From: Candidatus Eiseniibacteriota bacterium
GTDB taxonomy: Bacteria > Eisenbacteria > RBG-16-71-46
Direction: 5' to 3'
DNA: 64,000 bases
NCBI GenBank assembly: GCA_031366795.1
Contig: JANLOX010000259.1
Location: 22,613 to 86,612 of the forward strand
Shown here piece by piece: positions 30,388-37,478 of this stretch. A model generated the notes under the pieces. It saw only the letters and a program-made list of their open reading frames with translations, made no database searches and was not told where the DNA came from. Made by a program: the position numbers and the translations under genes. Every line of letters starts with the position of its first letter. Within the stretch, counting starts at the first letter, position 1.

Positions 30388-31322
30388 CCGCGTCCCCGAT
30401 TCTGGTCGTGGGTTCGGTGGCGCTCGATTCCATACGCACACCCTTCGGCGAAGCCATCGACGCGCTGGGCGGTTCGGCCTCGTATTTTTCGGTGTCGGCC
30501 AGCCAGTTCGCGCCGGTGCGGCTCGTGGCGGTGGTGGGCGAGGACTTCCCACCCGAATCACGCGCGCTGCTCGAGTCGCGAGGCATCGACCTGAGCGGAC
30601 TCGAGACGGCGAAGGGACGCACCTTCCGCTGGCGCGGGGAGTATGCGGCCGAGCTGGGTCATGCGCACACGCTCGAAACGCAGTTGAATGTGTTCTCGAC
30701 GTTCCATCCGCATCTCGACGACCAGCACCGGCGCACGCCGTACGTGTTCCTCGCGAACATCGATCCCGACCTGCAGCTCGAAGTGTTGCGCCAGATTCCG
30801 CGCCCGTTGCTGTCGCTGTCGGACACTATGAACTACTGGATCGCGCGCAAACCGGATCGCGTGCTCGAAGTGCTGCGCGAAGTGGACGTGGCCCTGCTGA
30901 ACGAGGAAGAAGCGCGCGCGCTGGCGGGAGAAACGCAGCTCACGCGCGCGGCGGACCGTCTGCTCGACCAGGGCGCGCGGGCCGTCATCATCAAGAAGGG
31001 CGAGCACGGCGCCCTTTACCAGTCCCGTGAGGAACGCTTCATCACACCCGCCTTCCCGGTGGTGGACCTGACCGATCCGACCGGCGCCGGGGACTCGTTC
31101 GCCGGCGGCTTCATCGGCTGGCTGGCCCGCTGCGGGGCCCGCGACGGCAATGCCCTGCGGCAGGCGCTGGCGTGCGGCGCGACCATGGCCTCGCTGGCCA
31201 TCGAGGGCTTCAGCCCACAGCGGCTGGCCGAGGCGAGCCCCGAGGACATCACCGCGCGCCTGACGACGCTCCACGGGATGATGCATTTCGACTTGCAGGA
31301 CCCCTTCGCCGCGAAGGCCTGA
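30384..31322 (+). CDS. PfkB-family carbohydrate/nucleoside kinase
   Basis: GSVALD, LGGSA, DTMNYWI, KKGEHGA, DPTGAGDSFAGG. Confidence 0.92.
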   Translation: MTASPILVVGSVALDSIRTPFGEAIDALGGSASYFSVSASQFAPVRLVAVVGEDFPPESRALLESRGIDLSGLETAKGRTFRWRGEYAAELGHAHTLETQLNVFSTFHPHLDDQHRRTPYVFLANIDPDLQLEVLRQIPRPLLSLSDTMNYWIARKPDRVLEVLREVDVALLNEEEARALAGETQLTRAADRLLDQGARAVIIKKGEHGALYQSREERFITPAFPVVDLTDPTGAGDSFAGGFIGWLARCGARDGNALRQALACGATMASLAIEGFSPQRLAEASPEDITARLTTLHGMMHFDLQDPFAAKA

Positions 31323-31437
31323 CGGCCTGCCGCATGGGGAGCTTGAGCACTTACCCGGCGCGCTTGTTCATGTGTTAGGGTTGACGATGCACGGATCATG
31401 CGACCTTGTATGCATTTGCATCTTAGGAGACACACCA

Positions 31438-32211
31438 ATGGACGCCGCCCGCGCAGGTTGGATGAGCCAGGCCGAAGCCGCATTGATGAGCCTTCGCGAC
31501 GTGGAAGGCGCGGTCATCCATGCCCAAGGTGACGAGATCCGCGAGATCCACATCGTCACCTCGTCGAACCGCCCCGCGAAGCAGATCGTGCGCGACGTCG
31601 AAACGCTGCTCGCTGCGCGCTTCCATCGTGTGATCAACCACAAGGTGGTCTCGATTGCCTTCACCGGGCATCCCGTCGGCGCTGCCGCGCCGGTTGCGCC
31701 CCCCGAACCAGCGCCCGCGCACGAGCAGGCGGCGGTCCCCGCGCCGGCTGCCACGGCGGCGCCTGCGGCCTCCCCCGAGCTCGCGGATACGCGCATCCGT
31801 TTCAGGGCCGCGAATGTATTCGTCAATGGGACGCGCGTGCAGGCGCAAGTGGACTTCCAGTGGAAGGGATTGCCGCGTTCGGGCACGGCCGCGGGACACG
31901 GCACGCGCGACGCGGGCCAGCGCCTCGTGGCGCAGGCGGTCCTCCAGGGCATCCAGGACTTCCTCGAGGAGGATCTCGCGTTGTCACTGGATGGCGTTGA
32001 ATTGGCGCGCGTCGGGGGACGGGAGGTCGCCGTGGTCACCGTTCAGCTGGTGGCGCACCGTGAGCACAAGAGCCTTGTAGGATGTTGCACGGTGGAGCAG
32101 GATGTCCCCCAGGCGGTCGCTCTGGCGACTTTGGCTGCGGTCAACCGGGTCCTGGGAGGCCTGCCGACCCGCGAGCCCGTCGAATACGTTTTGCGACCGA
32201 CATCGTTGTAG
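31438..32211 (+). CDS. Hypothetical protein; C-terminal half resembles the LeuA allosteric (dimerisation) domain
   Basis: AGGAGA SD; N-domain EIHIV...KQIVRDVETLL, Ala/Pro linker, duplicated beta3-alpha unit ending D..QAVALATLAAVNR. Confidence 0.75.
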   Translation: MDAARAGWMSQAEAALMSLRDVEGAVIHAQGDEIREIHIVTSSNRPAKQIVRDVETLLAARFHRVINHKVVSIAFTGHPVGAAAPVAPPEPAPAHEQAAVPAPAATAAPAASPELADTRIRFRAANVFVNGTRVQAQVDFQWKGLPRSGTAAGHGTRDAGQRLVAQAVLQGIQDFLEEDLALSLDGVELARVGGREVAVVTVQLVAHREHKSLVGCCTVEQDVPQAVALATLAAVNRVLGGLPTREPVEYVLRPTSL

Positions 32212-32216
32212 GAGGC

Positions 32217-32254
32217 TAGCGAAGCGGGATCACTAGGTAGCGAAGCGGACTCAC
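32217..32254 (+). repeat. Tandem 17-bp direct repeat, 21-bp period (candidate regulator binding site)
   Basis: TAGCGAAGCGGgaTCAC (32217-33) and TAGCGAAGCGGacTCAC (32238-54), 15/17 identical. Confidence 0.7.
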
Positions 32255-32302
32255 CGAAACATCCGTTGTGTTCCGGAATCCCTCATGAAGGAGGTGGAGT
32301 TC

Positions 32303-32353
32303 GTGGATCTTATCCTGGTTCTCGTGAATTTCTTCGGTCAGGCCGGCTGGTAG
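32303..32353 (+). CDS. Small peptide MDLILVLVNFFGQAGW (16 aa), not in ORF track
   Basis: Perfect SD AAGGAGGT (32288-95) 7 nt before GTG; hydrophobic core, terminal Trp, TAG at 32351-53. In-frame ATG at 32285 would give 22 aa. Confidence 0.7.
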   Translation: MDLILVLVNFFGQAGW

Positions 32354-32428
32354 TTTGCTTCAGTAGCATGAAATTTTAAGCCCCCGAAGGCGATGTCGGT
32401 TTCCTTTCCTCTCCCATGCCGCAAGGGA

Positions 32429-33775
32429 ATGCGCCCGCAAAACACTCCGCAATCCTTGAAGATCACCCTCCGCGCCCCGAGGCGCTTCGCCCTGTACTAC
32501 GCCAGCCTGAGCCTCGTGGCCTTAGGCCTGGTCGCGCAGGCGGTGCCCGGGCTGACCACTCCACCGTGGTTCACGGTGGGGCTCGTGTGGGCGCTGATGT
32601 TGGCCAGCGAATTGAGCCCCATCACGCTCCCGAGCGGCGGCTACGAAAGCGCGAGCGCGGTGTTCGACCTGCCCAGCCTCGTCATCCTGGGGCCCGCCTA
32701 CACGGCATTGCTCGACGTTCTGAGTGCCGTGTTCGTGCAGGGACTGGTGCAACGCAAGCCCCCGCTCAAGATCGGCTTCAACATCGCGTGCTTCATCGTC
32801 ACCGATTTTGCCGCGGGCTACGCTTTTCAGGCCGCCGGCGGCCACGTGGGGCAACTGAGGTTGCCGCAGGACGTCTTGCCGCTGCTCGCCAGCGGCGGCG
32901 TCTACTTCGCGCTCAACTCAAGCCTCGTCTCGACGGTGATTGGCTTCTCCGCGGGGCCAAGTCCCTGGCGCGTGTGGCAGCGTAATTTCCAGGCCGGGCT
33001 GCTGCATCACCTGTCATTTATCGCACTCGGCGCGCTGGTGGCGGTGACCTACTTCGGCGCGGGGCCGTGGGCCCTGGTGCTGTTCGCGATTCCGTTCCTC
33101 GTGGCGCGACAGGCGTTCCAGCTGTACATGGAGATCCGCTCCGACTTGAAGGACTTCGTGCGCGCGCTCACCGAGGTGTTGGACGAGATCGATCCTTATA
33201 CGCGTCATCACTCGATGCGTGTCGCGGAATACAGCGTGCGCCTGGCGCGCGCGCTGCGGCTGCCGGAGCTCGATGTCGAGGAGGTCGAATACGCGGCGCT
33301 CGTGCATGACCTTGGCAAGATTGGACCTGAGCACCAGCGCATCGTGCAGACGCCGGGAGGGCTGTCCCCGGAAGAACAACGCACGCTGCGCGCACACCCG
33401 GCCGCCGGTGCGGCGATCGTGTCGAAGGTGCGGGCGCTGCGGCGCGCCGCTGAAATCGTGCGCAGCCACCACGAGCAACCCGATGGCCGTGGTTACCCCT
33501 ACGGATTGCGCGGCGAGGATGTGCCGGTGGGGGCGAGGATCCTGAAAGTCTCGGACGCCTTTGACGCCATGACGTCGGACCGGCCGTACCGGCGCGCGCT
33601 GTCGTTGGGACAAGCGCTCAACGAGATCGAGCGCGGGGCCGGCTCGCAGTTCGATACCCGCGTCGTCGAGTGCCTCGTGCGTCTGCATCACGGAGGGCGT
33701 TTCCCGCTGCTCCCGAGCCCGAGCAGCGAGGATCTCCAACTACTCAAGGGACGCGCCTCGGGGGCGCACGCGTGA
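32429..33775 (+). CDS. HD-GYP cyclic-dinucleotide phosphodiesterase with multi-TM (MASE-like) N-terminal sensor
   Basis: About 6-7 hydrophobic segments, then DPYTRHHSMRV, HDLGK, HHEQPDGRGYP, DAFDAMTSDRPYR. Start uncertain (32393/32429/32456). Confidence 0.9.
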   Translation: MRPQNTPQSLKITLRAPRRFALYYASLSLVALGLVAQAVPGLTTPPWFTVGLVWALMLASELSPITLPSGGYESASAVFDLPSLVILGPAYTALLDVLSAVFVQGLVQRKPPLKIGFNIACFIVTDFAAGYAFQAAGGHVGQLRLPQDVLPLLASGGVYFALNSSLVSTVIGFSAGPSPWRVWQRNFQAGLLHHLSFIALGALVAVTYFGAGPWALVLFAIPFLVARQAFQLYMEIRSDLKDFVRALTEVLDEIDPYTRHHSMRVAEYSVRLARALRLPELDVEEVEYAALVHDLGKIGPEHQRIVQTPGGLSPEEQRTLRAHPAAGAAIVSKVRALRRAAEIVRSHHEQPDGRGYPYGLRGEDVPVGARILKVSDAFDAMTSDRPYRRALSLGQALNEIERGAGSQFDTRVVECLVRLHHGGRFPLLPSPSSEDLQLLKGRASGAHA

Positions 33776-34821
33776 CCCGCTACCGCGATGCCGGCGTGGA
33801 CGTGGGTCGCGCGGATGCGGTGAAACGCGACGTGATTCGCGATGCGACTTCGACCTGGACGCCCGCGGTGCGGCGCTTGAGCGGTGGATTCGCCGGCGTG
33901 ATGGAGTGGCCCGGTGGCGCGGGTGGCGCAAGCAGCGGGAGCGGAGCGCCGCTGCTGCTGGCGGCGACGATGGATGGCGTGGGAACAAAACTGCATCTCG
34001 CACTTGCGGCCAATCGAGTCGCTGACGCCTCGGCGGATCTTGTCTACCACGGTGCCAACGACCTGCTGGTCCACGGCGCGCGTCCGCTCGCCATGCTCGA
34101 TTACGTGGCGCAGGCCCGGCTCGATCCGCAGGTGGTGCGCGAAGTCGTGCGCGGGCTGGCGGCCGCCTGCCGCGAGGTCGGAGCCGTGTTGCTCGGCGGT
34201 GAGACCGCCGAGATGCCAGATACGTATTTGGACGGGGTCGTCGATGTGGCGGGCTGCATGATCGGGTGGGTCGATCCTAAGGCGTTGCGCGATGGTTCGG
34301 CCGTGCAGCCGGGGGATGTCGTGCTCGGACTCGCGGCGGACGGATTGCACACGAACGGGTTTTCGCTTGCGCGGCGTGTGCTCAAGGATTCCGGATTGGC
34401 GCTCGACTCGCCGTTGCCCGGCGGCGCGGGCGTGAGCATTGGCGATGCTTTGTTGGCGCCGCACCGCTGGTATGGCGCTTCGTTGATCCCCGAGTTGTCG
34501 GAATCGCGTGTGCGCGCCATGGCGCACATCACCGGCGGCGGCATCGCCGGCAATCTCGTGCGCGTGCTCCCCGCCGGATGCCATGCGGTGATCAGCGGGG
34601 CCTGGCCGCGCCCGGCGGTCTACCGGTGGCTGTGCGAGGCCGGCGCGATTCCCGATGCTGACGCGCTCGAAGCGTTCAATCTCGGCATCGGCTTTATCGT
34701 CATCGCCGCGGCGGGCACCGAGCAGGCACTCACGACCGATCTCGAATCGCGCGGGGAGCGGGTGATCGGCTGTGGCGCCGTGATCGCGGGCGAGCGCGGC
34801 GTGACGTGGTCCGCGGGGTGA
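33772..34821 (+). CDS. purM: Phosphoribosylformylglycinamidine cyclo-ligase
   Basis: YRDAGVD, DGVGTK, GGETAEMP, GLHTNGFSL, HITGGG, FNLGIG. Confidence 0.95.
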   Translation: MTRYRDAGVDVGRADAVKRDVIRDATSTWTPAVRRLSGGFAGVMEWPGGAGGASSGSGAPLLLAATMDGVGTKLHLALAANRVADASADLVYHGANDLLVHGARPLAMLDYVAQARLDPQVVREVVRGLAAACREVGAVLLGGETAEMPDTYLDGVVDVAGCMIGWVDPKALRDGSAVQPGDVVLGLAADGLHTNGFSLARRVLKDSGLALDSPLPGGAGVSIGDALLAPHRWYGASLIPELSESRVRAMAHITGGGIAGNLVRVLPAGCHAVISGAWPRPAVYRWLCEAGAIPDADALEAFNLGIGFIVIAAAGTEQALTTDLESRGERVIGCGAVIAGERGVTWSAG

Positions 34822-34902
34822 CACAACGCTCCGCCGCGGGGCCACGCCTGGTCGCCCGCGCGGATGCGCCGGTGATGCGTGGGGTTGATGCTCGAGCCGA
34901 TT

Positions 34903-34920
34903 GGCATGATCGGTCATGCC
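34903..34920. promoter_or_regulatory. Inverted repeat, candidate enhancer/operator
   Basis: GGCATGA-TCGG-TCATGCC perfect 7-bp arms, about 130-145 bp upstream of the -24 element at 35049. Confidence 0.4.
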
Positions 34921-34944
34921 GCCCCACCGGTGGACGCCGCGCGG

Positions 34945-34959
34945 TGGCAACGGTGTTGC
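34945..34959 (+). promoter_or_regulatory. Sigma54 -24/-12 promoter candidate 1
   Basis: TGGCAACGGTGTTGC fits GG-N10-GC with TTGC. Confidence 0.5.
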
Positions 34960-35047
34960 GCGGACGTCAACGGCGTGGGCGGATCCGGGGCCGCCTGCGC
35001 GCTGTGCTTCGCGCGTGTTCCCGCCACCGCAGTGCCTTTCCAGACAC

Positions 35048-35062
35048 TGGCGCGTGGTTTGC
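35048..35062 (+). promoter_or_regulatory. Sigma54 -24/-12 promoter candidate 2
   Basis: (C)TGGCGCGTGGTTTGC is close to the TGGCACG-N4-TTGC consensus. Confidence 0.6.
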
Positions 35063-35245
35063 GTTAGGGTTCCCACGGTGGCCCCGTTTGTTCTCCAACA
35101 TGTAACCCCGGGCGCCGCGGCTGGCGCGCACGCCGTCGATTCATGCCGAATCTTCCCGTTCGGGCGGGTGCGGCGTGACGACCGGGGATCGACGTGAGCG
35201 CCGCGGCGCGGACGCTTTAAGGGACCAATGGGTGTGGGAGGGACG

Positions 35246-36283
35246 ATGGAGCGGCGAGGTCTACTGGAGTGTGCGGTGGAAGCACGGGGACCCGAGATGC
35301 TCGGGGAATCCCCGCCGTGGCGCAGCATCCGAGATGCCCTGCCGAGCATCGCCATGAGCGAGCTGCCGGTGCTGGTGCTGGGCGAGACGGGCACCGGGAA
35401 GGAACTCATCGCGCGAGCGCTGCACCAGTTGAGCGCCCGCCGCGCCTTCAGCTTCGTCGCGCACAACTGCGGCGCGACGCCGGACACCCTGATCGAGAGC
35501 GAGTTGTTCGGCCACAGCCGGGGCTCGTTCACCGGCGCCGTCGCGGACCGTGAGGGTCTGTTCGATGCGGCAAATGGAGGCACGCTGTTCCTCGACGAAA
35601 TCGGCGACGCCAGCCCGTTGCTGCAGATGAAGCTGTTGCGCGTACTGCAGGAGGGCGAGGCGCGCCGCGTCGGCGAGACGCGGGTACGGAGGATGGATGT
35701 GCGCATCGTCTCGGCAACGCACCGGCCGCTCGATGAAGGGGTCGAGCAATCGTCGTTTCGCGCCGATTTGTTTTACCGCCTGAATGCCGTGCGCATCATG
35801 CTGCCGTCTTTGCGGGAGCGTGGCAGCGATGTGCTGTTGCTGGCGCGCCACTTCCTGTCGCTGGCCGCCGAGCGAATGGGTTGCGAGACGCCACGATTAG
35901 ATGCCGAGCTCGAGGAGTTCGTGCTGCACTACCCATGGCCGGGTAATGTGCGGGAGCTGGCCAATGCGTGCACCTACGCGGTGCGTGTGGCCGGCGCGCG
36001 GGGCGAGGTGGCGTGGGAGCATTGGCCGCGCCCGACGCTGCGCATCGACACGACGCAGGCCGCCGGGCTGCACGCCGAGACGCGCGCCCTGGAAGAGCGT
36101 CGGCTCGTCGAGACGCTCGAGCGCGTTCACTGGAACAAGTCGCGCGCCGCCCGTGCGTTGGGGCTGTCGCGCCAGGGCCTGCTCAAGAAACTCAGGCGCT
36201 ACGGGCTGGGCCCGGGGCCCGATGACGTCCTCGGTGCCACCGCGGCGGCCGCGGTGCTTGACGCTCCCGCGGCCCCTGCGTAG
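35246..36283 (+). CDS. Sigma54-dependent transcriptional activator (AAA+ and Fis HTH, no N-terminal sensor)
   Basis: GETGTGKE, ESELFGH, GSFTGA, LFLDEIG, FRADLFYRL, WPGNVREL, C-terminal WNKSRAARALG HTH. Confidence 0.92.
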   Translation: MERRGLLECAVEARGPEMLGESPPWRSIRDALPSIAMSELPVLVLGETGTGKELIARALHQLSARRAFSFVAHNCGATPDTLIESELFGHSRGSFTGAVADREGLFDAANGGTLFLDEIGDASPLLQMKLLRVLQEGEARRVGETRVRRMDVRIVSATHRPLDEGVEQSSFRADLFYRLNAVRIMLPSLRERGSDVLLLARHFLSLAAERMGCETPRLDAELEEFVLHYPWPGNVRELANACTYAVRVAGARGEVAWEHWPRPTLRIDTTQAAGLHAETRALEERRLVETLERVHWNKSRAARALGLSRQGLLKKLRRYGLGPGPDDVLGATAAAAVLDAPAAPA

Positions 36284-36286
36284 ATT
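36258..36286 (+). promoter_or_regulatory. Putative sigma70 promoter for oxidoreductase-lnt
   Basis: TTGACG-17 bp-TAGATT; the -10 overlaps the activator stop codon. Confidence 0.65.
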
Positions 36287-36427
36287 GCAGCGCCAGCCGG
36301 GCGAGGGTGCGCCGCATGAGGCGTCACGAGGACATCCTGCTCACGCAACGTCCGGCCTGATGTATCGCGCGGCGCTCGACGCCTCAAGCGCCGCGCTCCT
36401 GCACCCCTGGCGTTCAAGGAGGCGGCT

Positions 36428-37441
36428 GTGGCGAGAAAGACGCTGGGTGTAGCGCTCGTCGGAGTCGGCGCGGCGGCCCAGATCAACCACATCCCGGTGC
36501 TTAAGCGCACCGAAGGCGTGGAGTTGCTGGCGCTGGTCGACCGCGACGCCGAAAAGGCCGCGCAGGTGGCGCAGAAGTTCGGCATCCCGCACAGCTTCGG
36601 GCGCATCGAGCAGATGCTCGAGCGCGACGACATCGATGCCGTGGACCTGTGCACGCCGAATTACCTGCACGCCCCGATGGCGATCGCTTCGCTGGAATCG
36701 GGCAAGCACGTTTTGTGCGAACGGCCGTTCGCGCGCAACGGCGATGAGGCGGCGGCGATGGCCAAGGCGGCGAAGAAGGCCGACCGTGTCCTGATGTCCG
36801 CGCTGCAGCACCGCTTCCGCGCCGACGCCCAGTTGCTTCGCACCTTCGTCGCCAAGGGCGAGCTGGGAGAGATCCACTACGCCAAAGCCGGTTGGCTGCG
36901 GCGACGCACCGACTGGGACTCCGACGAATGGCGCCGCCAGAAGCGCGAATCCGGCGGTGGCGTGGTGTTGGATCTCGGGTTCCAGATGCTCGATCTGTCT
37001 CTGTGGACGCTGGGTGGCCCGGCGGTCAAGTCGGTGACGGCGAGTGTGCATCGTTCCAAGAAGGGCGAGGTCGAGGATAGTGCTACCGCGTTCGTGCGCC
37101 TCGAGACGGGCGCCACGCTGACTCTCGAGTTGACGTGGGGTCTGCTGATGGAGAAGGACTTCGCCTACCTCAACCTGTTCGGCACGGGGGGTGCGGCGTT
37201 GCTCAACCCGTTCCGCCTGCACAAGGGCATGCACGGCACGCTCGTCAATGTCACCCCCGACCTCGATAACGCGCGCAACCAGTACAAGCAGTCGATGGAG
37301 GCGCAGATCCTCCACTTCGTCGAGGCGCTGCGCAAGGGCAGCAAGCCAATGGGCTTGCCGGATGAGATCGTGCCCGTGATGGATACGCTCGACGCGATTT
37401 ACCGCTCTGCCGAACTCGGCAAAGAGGTCAAACTCGCTTAA
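36428..37441 (+). CDS. Gfo/Idh/MocA-family oxidoreductase
   Basis: Rossmann VGVGAAA, CTPNYLH, GKHVLCERP, GGGVVLD; AAGGAGG SD. Confidence 0.9.
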   Translation: MARKTLGVALVGVGAAAQINHIPVLKRTEGVELLALVDRDAEKAAQVAQKFGIPHSFGRIEQMLERDDIDAVDLCTPNYLHAPMAIASLESGKHVLCERPFARNGDEAAAMAKAAKKADRVLMSALQHRFRADAQLLRTFVAKGELGEIHYAKAGWLRRRTDWDSDEWRRQKRESGGGVVLDLGFQMLDLSLWTLGGPAVKSVTASVHRSKKGEVEDSATAFVRLETGATLTLELTWGLLMEKDFAYLNLFGTGGAALLNPFRLHKGMHGTLVNVTPDLDNARNQYKQSMEAQILHFVEALRKGSKPMGLPDEIVPVMDTLDAIYRSAELGKEVKLA

Positions 37442-37478
37442 GCGGTGGGGGCATCTCCCGGCGCTGGCGTCCGGCGCT

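Noticed and set aside
31355..31420. Sigma54-like sequences upstream of the 31438 gene
   Set aside because: Each candidate lacks either the GG or the GC at the required spacing.
32217..32254. Direct repeat as a CRISPR remnant
   Set aside because: Only two 17-bp units with a 4-bp gap, and no cas genes.
32354..32428. c-di-GMP riboswitch upstream of the HD-GYP gene
   Set aside because: No recognisable GEMM-I/II consensus, and only weak stems.
34806..35197. Short ORFs in the purM-activator gap
   Set aside because: No SD, motif or plausible composition; the region is better explained as regulatory.
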